Counted from the first letter of the stretch, positions 10,023 to 20,391 are shown. The stretch is 64,000 nucleotides of DNA from Parasphingorhabdus sp. (GCF_965233695.1 NZ_OZ247497.1:2495277-2559276); one strand, 5' to 3'. Numbers and translations: made by a program. Notes: a model not told the origin generated them from the letters alone.

Positions 10023-12275
10023 ATGAAACAGCTTTCATGCCGCAAGCGGCCTATCTTCGCGTGCAGCACGATTGCGCTATGCTTTTCTCAAGCGGTTTAT
10101 GCAGCGGATGATGTTGACGATGGGTTCGATGCGAATGAAGGCATAACCGTCACTGCAACCCGCGCACCTGTTGCTATTGAGGACGCGCCCGCAACGGTAA
10201 CGGTCATTGATGCAGAGCGGCTCGCAGATGAACTGGCAACTGACGTTCGCGACATTGTCCGTTTCGAACCGGGTATTTCCGTACGCCGTGCACCGGCGCG
10301 TTTTGGCGCGGCTTTGGGCTCCACGGGCAGGGCAGGGAATGAGGATTTCAACATTCGAGGCATCGGCGGCAACCGCGTGCTCATCCAGGTAGACGGCATT
10401 CGCTCGCCACAAGGATTTAGTTTTGGTGCGCAGGATGTCGGCCGCGGCAACGCAACAGATGTCGGTCTTATCAAATCGGTGGAGATCCTCCGCGGTCCAG
10501 CCTCGGCGCTCTACGGCAGCGATGGGCTGTCCGGTGTTGTCAGTTTTACGACATCTGACCCCGTTGATTTTATTGCAGGCGGTAATGCTGTCGGTGGTTT
10601 TGCGCGGGCACAATATAGTTCCGCGGATGAAGAATTTTCCGAGACAATCGCCATTGCCGGGCAGACGGGTGATTTTTCCGCCATGCTGGCTTACTCACGC
10701 CGTGATTTCAAGGAACTCGATAATCAGGGCACAAATGACGTCGAAGGTTCCGAACGGACGACGCCAAATCCACAAGACGGCCAGTCCGACGCGTTTCTGG
10801 GCAAGCTGGTCTGGAACAACGGTGGCCACCGTGTCCGATTGACCGGCGAATATCTGAAACGGGAAGTTTCGTCCAATGTGCTGTCCGGATTAGGACCGGT
10901 TTTTCTGTTTCCAGGACCGCCGAGCTGGATCGTCGATAGCTTGACCGCCGAAGACAGCACTGAACGGGTGCGTGCGTCGATTGACTGGACTTATGAAACT
11001 GAAGAAGATGGTGTCGGATTGATTGATTACGCGCATGTCGCTGCCTATTGGCAGGATGGCGAGGATGTTCAGTTCGCGAGCGAGGGGCGGATTGCAACCG
11101 GAGCAACGCCGCGGCCAGATCGCGAGCGCCTAAATACATTCAACAATCGCGTCTATGGCGTCGCTGCTGACTTCCGGTCAAGCTTCACTACCGGGCCAAT
11201 CAGGCACAATATCACCTATGGCGGTGACTATAGCATTACTCGGCAAGACGGCCTGCGCGATGGTTTGGTTCCGCCAACCGGTGAATTTTTCCCGTCCCGC
11301 GCTTTCCCTGTAACCGATTTTTCGCTGGGCGGTTTTTTCATCGGTAATGCAATGGAATTTGCCGACGGCATCTTCACGCTCTACCCGGCTCTGCGCTTCG
11401 ACTTCTACGACCTCAATCCTGAAGAAGACCCCCTGCTGCCGGGTTTTGTTCCAACCGGACAAGATGGATCAAAAATCTCGCCGAAAGTCGGCGCGGTCTG
11501 GAAATTGGGTGGTAATGTCCGCATGTTCGGCAATTATGCCCGCGGCTTTCGTGCACCTACGCCCAGTCAGGTCAATAATTTCTTCGAGAATCTAGCCTTT
11601 GGCTACACATCGGCACCAAATCCTGATCTGGACCCGGAAACGAGCGAAAGCTTTGAGGCCGGAATCCGGTATAATGCAGACGGAATTGATCTCGGCCTCA
11701 CAGTCTTCTCGGCAAACTATGACGACTTTATCAGTCAGGAAGTAATCGGGGGTTCCTTCACGCCTGCCGATCCGGCGGTATTCCAGTTTATCAATCTGAA
11801 CAGTGTCGATGTATATGGGATTGAGGCCCGCGCTTCTTATGAAGCCGAAAATGGTTTTCGCGCACGGTTTGCCATCGCCTTTGCGGACGGAACGGTGGAA
11901 GCGCCCGACACGACCGATATATCTTTATCGACGATTGATCCGCTCAATGCGATTCTGGGCGTGGGATATCGCGATCCCGGCAATCGGTTCGGCGGCGAGA
12001 TGATTATCTCTTACAATGCGCGCAAGGAAGCCAACGAAACCATTGGCGTGTGCAATGAGGTCTGTTTCCGTCCCGATGAGTCGGCAATTATCGATGCGAC
12101 CGCATTTTACCGGATCACAGACAATTTTACGATCCGGGCCGGCATATTCAACATTACTGACAAGAAATATGCGCTGTGGAGCGACGTTCGCGGATTGAGC
12201 GCATCATCCAGCATTACCGACGCTTTCACCCAGCCCGGACGGAATGCGAGCATTTCCATCAGCGCCAGCTTTTAA
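10023..12275 (+). CDS. TonB-dependent heme/hemoglobin-family receptor
   Basis: FRAP and NPDL motifs (GFRAPTP...APNPDLDPE); plug EILRGPASALYGSDGLSGVV; terminal Phe; Fur boxes upstream. Confidence 0.88.
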   Translation: MKQLSCRKRPIFACSTIALCFSQAVYAADDVDDGFDANEGITVTATRAPVAIEDAPATVTVIDAERLADELATDVRDIVRFEPGISVRRAPARFGAALGSTGRAGNEDFNIRGIGGNRVLIQVDGIRSPQGFSFGAQDVGRGNATDVGLIKSVEILRGPASALYGSDGLSGVVSFTTSDPVDFIAGGNAVGGFARAQYSSADEEFSETIAIAGQTGDFSAMLAYSRRDFKELDNQGTNDVEGSERTTPNPQDGQSDAFLGKLVWNNGGHRVRLTGEYLKREVSSNVLSGLGPVFLFPGPPSWIVDSLTAEDSTERVRASIDWTYETEEDGVGLIDYAHVAAYWQDGEDVQFASEGRIATGATPRPDRERLNTFNNRVYGVAADFRSSFTTGPIRHNITYGGDYSITRQDGLRDGLVPPTGEFFPSRAFPVTDFSLGGFFIGNAMEFADGIFTLYPALRFDFYDLNPEEDPLLPGFVPTGQDGSKISPKVGAVWKLGGNVRMFGNYARGFRAPTPSQVNNFFENLAFGYTSAPNPDLDPETSESFEAGIRYNADGIDLGLTVFSANYDDFISQEVIGGSFTPADPAVFQFINLNSVDVYGIEARASYEAENGFRARFAIAFADGTVEAPDTTDISLSTIDPLNAILGVGYRDPGNRFGGEMIISYNARKEANETIGVCNEVCFRPDESAIIDATAFYRITDNFTIRAGIFNITDKKYALWSDVRGLSASSSITDAFTQPGRNASISISASF

Positions 12276-12301
12276 TGCTATTAAGACGAGGAGAACCAAC
12301 G

Positions 12302-13312
12302 ATGAAACTGAGATATTATGCTGGCCTGCTGGCTGTAGCGATGGCTCCAACGCCGCTATGGGCGAGCCAACCCGCAACCATTCAAACCGAAACCACAAAG
12401 AACGCAGCCTTTGAACAAGACCGCGCAGATATTCTGGCGATGGCCGGGAACTATAAAGTGCGGTTTGATATGCAGGAATCAACCGCATGGCAGGAAGACT
12501 ATGAGCCTCGCGAGCGCAAGATTTCAGGCGGTAATGAAGTGGTGCGCGTAATTGAAGATACAGGCACCAAAATCATTCTCCAGCATTTGCTGGTGGTTGA
12601 TATGGGCGACGGCAAAGACTTCATTGTGAAGCATTGGCGTCAGGATTGGGAATATGAACCGCAGCATATTCTCGTATACTCCGACCGTCATCGCTGGTCA
12701 CTTGAACCTGTTCCGGCTCAGCAACGCAAGGGACAATGGTCTCAAACGGTATATCAGGTGGATGACAGCCCGCGCTATGCTGGGATCGGTGCATGGGAAA
12801 CCGAAGCCGGTATTCGGCGTTGGAGCTCCAACTGGACTTGGCGTCCGCTCGCCCGGCGCGATGCGGTACGTGATCCGGTTTACGATCGCTATTATGCGAT
12901 CAACCGGCACTCCCCGATGCCGAATGGCTGGATCCATTTTCAGGACAATACAAAAATGGGCATGATCGATGGCAAGCTGACGCCGATTGTTCAGGAATAT
13001 GTGCTGAACACCTACACCAAATTTGATGATTATAATGTCAAAGCGGCCGATGATTATTGGGCAAAGACCAAGGACTATTGGGCAGAGGTCCGGGCATCAT
13101 GGGACAAGGCCTTTGCCTCCCATCGCGGCGTAACCGTGGAAGAGGAAGCGCAGACAGGTACGGTGATCAGCGGCGAACTGCTCAGCATGGGAACGAAAAT
13201 TGCAGACGGAGAAATGGATGCCGGAGTGGCATCCGACAAAGCCAGAAGCCTTATTGCCCGAGCAACAAAGCCGGACGCTTTGAGAACGGCGACGAATAGC
13301 CAGGCACGCTAA
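12302..13312 (+). CDS. Secreted protein of unknown function, DUF6607-like
   Basis: RBS GAGGAG before ATG 12302; signal peptide; FEQDRADILAMAG, KHWRQDWEYE, WSQTVYQVDDSPRY and WRPLARRD motifs. Family assignment is from memory, not from a search. Confidence 0.65.
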   Translation: MKLRYYAGLLAVAMAPTPLWASQPATIQTETTKNAAFEQDRADILAMAGNYKVRFDMQESTAWQEDYEPRERKISGGNEVVRVIEDTGTKIILQHLLVVDMGDGKDFIVKHWRQDWEYEPQHILVYSDRHRWSLEPVPAQQRKGQWSQTVYQVDDSPRYAGIGAWETEAGIRRWSSNWTWRPLARRDAVRDPVYDRYYAINRHSPMPNGWIHFQDNTKMGMIDGKLTPIVQEYVLNTYTKFDDYNVKAADDYWAKTKDYWAEVRASWDKAFASHRGVTVEEEAQTGTVISGELLSMGTKIADGEMDAGVASDKARSLIARATKPDALRTATNSQAR

Positions 13313-13481
13313 ACCCATACCGGCCTTTGCCATATTGGGTCGTGGCTGGCCAAATATGTACTGTTGAAAATTTTTGCGTAGTAACTGGCTTATACTCTGT
13401 TAATGACATGGCGGCTGGCAGCGCTGTGGATTGTAGTTGGTCCAGTTCATGCGTCATATCCTAGCTAACAAGGAGCAATTC

Positions 13482-14519
13482 ATGCGTTTTGGTATCTTCG
13501 GTCTCGTCATAGCAATTCTGGGACTGTCCGCGTGCAGCGGCGGTGCGCCCGACGGTGCTGGTGCCTCTGAAGGGAAAGTGTTGGTTGTATTTTCGTCCCG
13601 CCACTATGATTCGGATTATGCGCTTTATGACGCTTTTGAAGAGGCGACCGGCGTTGATGTCCGCACGATTGAAGCCGACGGTGATCTTCTGGTCGAGCGC
13701 TTGAAAGCCGATGGCAAACGCAGCCCTGCCGATGTTATCGTGACAGTCGATGCCGGACGTCTCTGGCGGGCTGAACAGGAAGGGCTTTTCGCGCCTCTCG
13801 ATTCCGCTAAGCTGAATGAAGCTGTCCCGGCCGGCATGCGGCATCCTGATGGTCTCTGGTTTGGCCTAGCTAAACGCGCTCGCGTGCTGGTTTATGCCCC
13901 TGACCGGGTCGATGAAGCCAAGCTGACCGGATATGAATCGCTCGCCGATCCCGCTTTCAAGGGTAAGGTATGTGCGCGGTCATCCGGCAATATCTACAAT
14001 ATTTCTTTGCTGGCAGCATTGATCGACCGGTGGGGAACAGAAAAGGCGCAGGAATGGGCGACCAATGTCGCTGGCAATTTTGCCCGTGATCCTCTGGGCG
14101 GCGATACAGACCAGATCAAGGCGGTTGCCGCTGGCGAATGTGATATTGCGCTGGTCAATCACTATTATTTCGCTCGGCTGATGAACGATGAAAAAGACAA
14201 AGGCTTAGTCGAGAACCTGGCGGTTTACTGGCCGAACGCCGATGCCGGTGTTCACGTCAACCTTTCGGGGGCTGGCGTTGCCAAAAATGCGCCTAACCCG
14301 GAACTCGCGCGGCAGTTTATCGAATTTGCGATGACCGAACAGCCGCAGCGTTTTTTCGCTGAACTGACGAACGAATATCCAGTCGTACCGACAATCAAAT
14401 ATGAAAATGCCGCGCTGGAAAAACTGGGTGAGTTTAAAGAAGATCCGATAGCGCTTTCAAAACTGGGTGAAAATCAGGCGGAGGCTCAACGGCTGTTTGA
14501 TCGCGCCGGTTGGCCCTGA
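13482..14519 (+). CDS. Fe(3+) ABC transporter substrate-binding lipoprotein (FutA/FbpA-like)
   Basis: RBS AAGGAG; lipobox LSAC; SSRHY, SPADV, DAGRL and VNHYY motifs. Confidence 0.9.
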   Translation: MRFGIFGLVIAILGLSACSGGAPDGAGASEGKVLVVFSSRHYDSDYALYDAFEEATGVDVRTIEADGDLLVERLKADGKRSPADVIVTVDAGRLWRAEQEGLFAPLDSAKLNEAVPAGMRHPDGLWFGLAKRARVLVYAPDRVDEAKLTGYESLADPAFKGKVCARSSGNIYNISLLAALIDRWGTEKAQEWATNVAGNFARDPLGGDTDQIKAVAAGECDIALVNHYYFARLMNDEKDKGLVENLAVYWPNADAGVHVNLSGAGVAKNAPNPELARQFIEFAMTEQPQRFFAELTNEYPVVPTIKYENAALEKLGEFKEDPIALSKLGENQAEAQRLFDRAGWP

Positions 14520-14537
14520 TTCCCGATTTCGGTTAAT

Positions 14538-16148
14538 ATGGGGCAATATACGCAGCGAATTTGGCGCGGGATCAGCCCGACGCCCTTAGGCGTGATCGCG
14601 GCCCTTATCTGCACCTTGCCGGTCGTGGCCCTGATCCCACTAGGGCTAACTGGCGGTGGCAGTCACATGGGCCATTTGTGGGATACCCAGCTTGCCGATT
14701 ATGTCAGCAACTCGGCCGCTTTATTGGTCATTACTCTATTTGGAACCCTTTTGCTGGGCGTGCCTACCGCCTGGATGACCTCGCGCTTTGATTTTCCGGG
14801 TAGGCGGATATTGCTGGTCGCATTGCCGTTATCCCTCGCCATGCCCAGCTATGTTTCGGCCTATGCCTGGTTATCGATGACCGCTGTTGGAGGTCCTGTT
14901 TATGATGCCACGGCTGGTGCCATCCCCACTGTTAGTGGTCTTTTGGGAGCTGGCTTTGTTTTCTCGATATCCTTTTATCCCTATGTTTTTCTTCTCGCGC
15001 GGCAGGCTTTTGAAAGCAGCGGTACCAACAGTTTTGAAGCAGCGCGAACCCTAGGCGCGAGCCCGTTGCAGGCATTCTTCACCGTCTCCCTGCCGCTCGC
15101 ACGACCCGCGATAATGGCCGGGACAGCGCTGGTGGCCATGGAAACGCTGGCCGACTATGGCACCGTCGATTTTCTGGGTACGCCAACATTCACGGTGGGT
15201 ATTCTCCGGTCCTGGATTTCTTTCGGCGATCCGCAAGCTGCAGCGCGACTGGCTCTTATTCTGTTGTTGGTAACCTTGCTCATTTTCGGTGGAGAGCGGC
15301 TGGCGCGGCGCGGTGCCCGGGTCGCGGAAGCCGGCGGCCGGAACAAACCACAACACCGGGTCCAGTTGTCACGCTCTGCTACGCTGATTACGATCCTGCT
15401 CTGCGCCATACCGGTATTTTTTGGTCTGATCGCGCCCGGCGCTCATCTCGTTTCACTCGCTGTGGAAACGCAGCCCGTTCGCTCTCCGCTCGAAGCCTTT
15501 TGGGGCACGATAAAGGTTGCTTCTTTATCAGCGCTGGTTGCCGCCATTCTGGGCATGGGCGCAGCATATGCCGCCCGCACCGGAGGCTGGTTTGCGAACG
15601 CGGCGGTCCGCGCGGCCCATACGGGCTATGCCGTTCCCGGTGCCGTTGCCGCGCTCGGTGTAATCGCACTGATCTCTGCATCGCAGACCCTGCTGACCAC
15701 AATATCAGGGTCGGCAGCGCCGTTGATAGCGGGCGGTGGACTAGTTGCCCTGCTGTTTGCCTATCAGGCCCGCTTTGCAGCCGCCGCCATCAGTCCGTGT
15801 GAGACTGCGCTTGGCCGCATCACGCCATCAATGGATCAGGCTGCACGGTCGCTTGGTGCCAGCCCATGGGCGGTTATTGGCCGTATTCATTTGCCACTGG
15901 CGTTCAGCGGTATTGCCACAGCCGCGTTGTTGGTGTTTGTGGAAGTGATGAAAGAACTTCCCGCCACCATGATCTTGCGTCCGCTGGATTTCGAAACGCT
16001 GGCCGTCAGCGCACATCATTATGCTTCTGACGAGCGGCTATCCCAAGCGGCGCTGCCGTCCCTAATGCTTGTCGCAATCGGATTGCCAATCATGATGATC
16101 GTCAGCTGGCTCGTGTCGCGCGGCCAAACGGAAAGTGCAGGGGCATGA
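14538..16148 (+). CDS. Fe(3+) ABC transporter permease (FbpB-like)
   Basis: Two BPD_transp halves (EAARTLG, QAARSLG); METLADYG and MKELPAT motifs. Confidence 0.9.
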   Translation: MGQYTQRIWRGISPTPLGVIAALICTLPVVALIPLGLTGGGSHMGHLWDTQLADYVSNSAALLVITLFGTLLLGVPTAWMTSRFDFPGRRILLVALPLSLAMPSYVSAYAWLSMTAVGGPVYDATAGAIPTVSGLLGAGFVFSISFYPYVFLLARQAFESSGTNSFEAARTLGASPLQAFFTVSLPLARPAIMAGTALVAMETLADYGTVDFLGTPTFTVGILRSWISFGDPQAAARLALILLLVTLLIFGGERLARRGARVAEAGGRNKPQHRVQLSRSATLITILLCAIPVFFGLIAPGAHLVSLAVETQPVRSPLEAFWGTIKVASLSALVAAILGMGAAYAARTGGWFANAAVRAAHTGYAVPGAVAALGVIALISASQTLLTTISGSAAPLIAGGGLVALLFAYQARFAAAAISPCETALGRITPSMDQAARSLGASPWAVIGRIHLPLAFSGIATAALLVFVEVMKELPATMILRPLDFETLAVSAHHYASDERLSQAALPSLMLVAIGLPIMMIVSWLVSRGQTESAGA

Positions 16149-17185
16149 CCGATACCATGATGACCGGCCGCGGTCTGGTGAAATCGCATCGCGGACGGCG
16201 GGTACTTGATACCGTCGATATCGATCTCAAGCGAGGATGCATCACTGCCATTCTCGGCCCCTCGGGAGCAGGGAAATCAACTTTGCTGCGGGTCATGGCT
16301 GGCCTTGAAGATCTGGATTCCGGTGAAATCGCCGGATCAGGGCAACTGCTAACCAACGGCCAGGTCATCGTTCCGCCTGAAAAGCGCAGTGTTGGTCTGG
16401 TTTTTCAGGACTTTGCGCTGTTTCCGCATCTGACTGCACTGGGCAATGTCATGTTCGGATTGCGTTCCGGTCCGGCCGCATCCCGCCGCGAAATAGCAAT
16501 GGATCGATTGGCTGCGGTGCAGATGGATGACAGGGCGGATGCCTATCCACACACATTATCGGGGGGCGAGCAGCAGCGGGTTGCCTTGGCGCGTGCGCTT
16601 GCGCCCGAGCCGGAAATCGTTCTGCTCGATGAAGCATTTTCCGGATTGGATGCCCACCTGCGTTCCGAACTGCGTGATATGGCTGTGCGCGAACTGAAAA
16701 GGTCAGGCGCTGCTGTGCTGGTCGTGACACATGATGCTGAAGAAGCACTGTATATGGCGGATGAGCTTGCCTTGATGGTCGATGGCGCGATCATTCAGTC
16801 AGGCACACCGTCAGATGTATATCTCAAACCGCAATCACTTTCGGCGGCCCAGTTGCTGGGCGAAGTCAATATTTGGGCAGGTCGTGTTGCCAATGGTGTC
16901 CTCGAAAGTCCGTTCGGAACGGTGAACGCGGACCAGATAGATGATGGCGGTGAGGCCAGTTTATTGATCCGGCCTGAAGGTGTGATGCTGGATGATGCCA
17001 AACCGGATGGCCGGTTTTCAGTCGCGGAAGTCCATCCTCTCGGCGCCACCGCTACGGTCAAAGTGCAGGCGCTATCCGGAGAATGCTGGCAAGCCAGAGT
17101 GCCGACCTCGCGTAGGTTGAAAGCGGGCATGTTGGTGTCGATTGAACTGGATCCCTCTCTGGTCAGCGTCGTAGCGGAACTATAA
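16145..17185 (+). CDS. Fe(3+) ABC transporter ATP-binding protein (FbpC-like)
   Basis: Walker A GPSGAGKS, signature LSGGEQQR, Walker B LLDEAFS, FQDFALFPH; 4-bp overlap with the permease. Confidence 0.92.
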   Translation: MTDTMMTGRGLVKSHRGRRVLDTVDIDLKRGCITAILGPSGAGKSTLLRVMAGLEDLDSGEIAGSGQLLTNGQVIVPPEKRSVGLVFQDFALFPHLTALGNVMFGLRSGPAASRREIAMDRLAAVQMDDRADAYPHTLSGGEQQRVALARALAPEPEIVLLDEAFSGLDAHLRSELRDMAVRELKRSGAAVLVVTHDAEEALYMADELALMVDGAIIQSGTPSDVYLKPQSLSAAQLLGEVNIWAGRVANGVLESPFGTVNADQIDDGGEASLLIRPEGVMLDDAKPDGRFSVAEVHPLGATATVKVQALSGECWQARVPTSRRLKAGMLVSIELDPSLVSVVAEL

Positions 17186-17521
17186 AGCCAGCCTATCTCA
17201 CACGGTCAATTTGACAAGCGCGACCCAGTCTTTGTTTTTTGTTGCCGATGGCGCGGCCAGGTTCAGCCAAACGGTTTCTGAAAAGCTGAGCAACCCGCTT
17301 CGATCATAAGGTTTCAGTAAATGTGATTTCGATTAGAGCTGAATTGGAAAATGCTTTCCTACATCTTGGCACCTGTGCAATGGTCAGATTGCCCTATTGC
17401 AACCAAAATCCATGGCACATCGCATTTTGACCCGTAAAATCCGTGCGATTTTTTATCGATTCTGTGTCGAAGCTGTATAATCTTTATGTTGGGAGCCAGA
17501 AAGCTGAACGAATCACTTTGG

Positions 17522-18949
17522 CTATTTGCGATAATCGAGCGGCGGCTCGCGATCGCCGAGTAACGACTTGTAGACATAATCCGGCCCTCGCGCCTTGTCG
17601 AATTCGGCCTTGGCCTCTGCGCGCAATTCCGGATTGGTATAGAGTTCAATCGCGGCAAGGGTCAGTGTCTTGGCAGCAGCTTGCGTGCCCTTGAAGCCGA
17701 TCGACATGCCGCTGGCCGCCGATGACTGCCAGCTATGGGCAGAGGTGCCAGGTACCCATGTTGCGGTGCGCAGGCCGACGGTGGGCGTCGCATAAGACAC
17801 ATCACCGACATCGGTCGAGCCATAGCCCAGCGTAACTTCATAGGGCTGGATCTCTGCCTGGCTACCCAGCTCCAGTTCGGGGTTGTCAAAGCTGGCATAG
17901 ATAGTCTCGGCAAATTTCTGCTCTTCCGGAGAGTAGCTGATCCCACCGACCTGACGCAGTTTTGCGTCCATCATCTTGGCCAGCGGTTCGTTGACCAGCA
18001 GCGGATTGTTTCCGTGGATTACTTCCCAATCCACCTTGGTGCCGGTACCGAGCGCTGCGCCGCGCGCGGCATCTTCGAGGCGCTTCCAGATGGCGTCGAC
18101 ACCGTCGGGATCGGGATGGCGGACATAGTAAAAGACTTCGGCAAAATCCGGAACGACATTGGGCGCGGTGCCGCCGTCGGTAATTACATAGTGAATACGT
18201 GAATCCTGCGGCACATGTTCACGCATCATGTTGATCATGAGGTTGAACGCTTCTACTCCGTCAAGAGCGGAGCGGGCTTTTTCCGGAGCACCAGCCGCGT
18301 GGGCAGATACGCCGCGGAACCGAAATTTGGCAGAGCGGTTGGCCAATGTGGTTCTGGCTGCAGCGGAGTTTTCATCACCGGCATGCCAGTGCAAGGCAAA
18401 ATCAACATCGTCGAATAGCCCTGCGCGTACCATATAGACCTTGCCGCTACCGCCTTCTTCGGCCGGCGTACCATAAAGGCGGACACGACCGGGCGTGCCC
18501 GTTGCTTCCAGCCATTTCTTTACCGCAATAGCGGCCTCGAGCGACCCGGCGCCAAACAAGTTATGGCCACAGGCATGGGCCGCACTCTTGCCGGCAATGG
18601 GGGACCGCGTTGCGACAGCATCCTGATTTATGCCGGGCAGGGCGTCATATTCTGCCAATATGGCGATCACCGGGCCGCCCTTGCCATATTCCGCGACAAA
18701 GGCTGTGGGGATTTCGGCAACACCTGTGTCTATGTTAAATCCTTGCGCTCTCAACTGCTGCTGCAACAGGGCGCTGGCTTTTTCCTCCTGGTATCCAACT
18801 TCAGCCCAGTCCCATATCTGCCGTGCTACACCAGCTGTGTTGTTATAACGTGCATCTATATCTTGCAGGACTTTGATCTCTTGTGCGTCCTCGGCATGAA
18901 CAACAGATGGCATCGTGGTAAGCGCGAATAAGATGGCAAAGCGTTTCAT
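17522..18949 (-). CDS. Secreted M20-family amidohydrolase (AbgB-like)
   Basis: Signal peptide; LAEYDALPG, HACGHN, GTPAEEGG, GSTDVGDVS motifs. Confidence 0.88.
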   Translation of the reverse strand: MKRFAILFALTTMPSVVHAEDAQEIKVLQDIDARYNNTAGVARQIWDWAEVGYQEEKASALLQQQLRAQGFNIDTGVAEIPTAFVAEYGKGGPVIAILAEYDALPGINQDAVATRSPIAGKSAAHACGHNLFGAGSLEAAIAVKKWLEATGTPGRVRLYGTPAEEGGSGKVYMVRAGLFDDVDFALHWHAGDENSAAARTTLANRSAKFRFRGVSAHAAGAPEKARSALDGVEAFNLMINMMREHVPQDSRIHYVITDGGTAPNVVPDFAEVFYYVRHPDPDGVDAIWKRLEDAARGAALGTGTKVDWEVIHGNNPLLVNEPLAKMMDAKLRQVGGISYSPEEQKFAETIYASFDNPELELGSQAEIQPYEVTLGYGSTDVGDVSYATPTVGLRTATWVPGTSAHSWQSSAASGMSIGFKGTQAAAKTLTLAAIELYTNPELRAEAKAEFDKARGPDYVYKSLLGDREPPLDYRK

Positions 18950-19154
18950 AAATTTCCCCGATGTGGTGACGTGTCAGGGGAGGATGGCATAACAACATAT
19001 GATTGCGCAACAATATTACCGGCGACGGAGAATTGCCACAAACGCAAGTCAATTGCAAAAATGCAACTCGCAGGTGCAGCATTTCACATTGCAACTTACT
19101 TTTATGTAAGCATACTGATCCCGCAACCTCCCCACACCTGAATGGAGACTTATC

Positions 19155-19421
19155 ATGAACAAATTTGCTTCGATTATCCTCGCCGCAACAGCTCTATCCC
19201 TGACGACCCCCTCTGCTTTCGCGGCAGACGTACAGCGCAATGATCGCCTGTACGATGCTAACGGCTCCAGTGTCGCCAAAATCAGCCGCGTTGCTGAAGA
19301 CGGTGACGTACTGGTGATCTATAAGGGTAAGGTTCGCCGCATTCAGGCTGAAACCCTGTCCAACACCGATGGCAAGTTGATGACGACACTGACCAAAAAG
19401 GAATTGCGCCGTTTGAAGTAA
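19155..19421 (+). CDS. Small exported protein of unknown function
   Basis: RBS GGAGA; signal peptide ending SAFA; followed by an intrinsic terminator. Confidence 0.8.
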   Translation: MNKFASIILAATALSLTTPSAFAADVQRNDRLYDANGSSVAKISRVAEDGDVLVIYKGKVRRIQAETLSNTDGKLMTTLTKKELRRLK

Positions 19422-19458
19422 GCCGAACGGAAATATTTCGCCTTTGGCGATGACTAGG

Positions 19459-19490
19459 AGCCGGCGCACCCCCTCATGCGCCGGCTTTTT
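19459..19490 (+). terminator. Intrinsic terminator
   Basis: AGCCGGCGCA / TGCGCCGGCT stem followed by a T-run, between convergent genes. Confidence 0.85.
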
Positions 19491-20079
19491 ATTTTGAGCG
19501 CGATCTTTGGGCTTCAGCCTTGGCAAGATCGTCTGGCGTGTTGATATTCATGAACATCTCTTCATCCGGCCAGCTGACGAGCTGCGCATCGCATTGCCGC
19601 GCCAGCCAATGCAACGAGGGCGATTGCTCACCGATTTCATGGGTGCCGCGCACGCTGTTGAGAATGTCGCAGCGCCAATAGCCAAATACAGGATGCAGGC
19701 GTTCCGGTCCTTGCGCCACCGCACATCCGGCCACTGTTCCCAAGCGCTGGACGAGGTTATCGGGTGCGAACGGAGCGTCTACCGGAATGGTGATAAACCC
19801 GACCGCTTCGGGACAAAGTATTGGTAAATGGGCGGCGATGGTGAAAATTGCTCCCACAGGTCCACCGGGAGCATCGGGATCGTCGCTGATAATATCGATG
19901 CCCGTATCAAAATCGCTGGCCGCCGAGAGCCATATTCGATCGACAAGGGGGCGATATTTAGTAACAGCGCGATCAACAAGCCGCTCACCGTCAAGGGAGA
20001 TTGCAGCTTTGTCCTTACCCATTCGGCGGGATTGGCCGCCGGCCAGGATAACCAGACAGATCGGAGGGTTGTCATTCAT
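19489..20079 (-). CDS. mobA: Molybdenum cofactor guanylyltransferase
   Basis: LVILAGGQSRRMGKDKA, GGPVGAI, PVDAPF, FMNINTPDDL motifs. Confidence 0.9.
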   Translation of the reverse strand: MNDNPPICLVILAGGQSRRMGKDKAAISLDGERLVDRAVTKYRPLVDRIWLSAASDFDTGIDIISDDPDAPGGPVGAIFTIAAHLPILCPEAVGFITIPVDAPFAPDNLVQRLGTVAGCAVAQGPERLHPVFGYWRCDILNSVRGTHEIGEQSPSLHWLARQCDAQLVSWPDEEMFMNINTPDDLAKAEAQRSRSK

Positions 20080-20205
20080 CGCAATAGGCTCCGGCGCGAA
20101 GGGCGCTGGTCGCTATGTTGACTTCAGCTGCCCATTCTGTCCAGCAATTCCCCAATCAAATCAGTCAGCTGGGAATCTCGGCTCCGCAAATCTGTCGATT
20201 GCTCG

Positions 20206-20391
20206 CTATCCGCGACTTGCTCCAACGTCGATGTCTTCTGCGGCGGATTGCAAACATTGCGAGGCCGCCGGTTCCGCTGCTCTCGATATCGCGGGGAAAG
20301 CTATCGCCTGCAGCACCAGCAATATTGGAACGACTGACTGTCCCAGCCTCTTCAGAGCTGGCATGAAACCACGAGATTGACGCTTCTGCAT
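20206..20391 (-). CDS. Possible short exported hypothetical protein (doubtful)
   Basis: Hydrophobic signal-like stretch VVPILLVLQAIAFPAISRA; fills the recF-mobA gap; no other support. Confidence 0.25.
   Translation of the reverse strand: MQKRQSRGFMPALKRLGQSVVPILLVLQAIAFPAISRAAEPAASQCLQSAAEDIDVGASRG

Noticed and set aside
17367-17379. Second sigma54 promoter (TGGCACCTGTGCA)
   Set aside because: GG-to-GC spacing is 7 nt, not 10.
17190-17520. Hidden gene or pseudogene in the AT-rich gap between the ABC ATPase and the amidohydrolase
   Set aside because: The minus-strand frames I translated are interrupted by stops, the short plus-strand ORF has no support, and no family motif was recognisable.
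20124-20391. Frameshifted gene continuing the 20206-20391 ORF towards mobA
   Set aside because: An alternative frame gives a plausible helix (…QLTDLIGELLDRMGS) but has no homology support and is not coupled to mobA; cannot be called.
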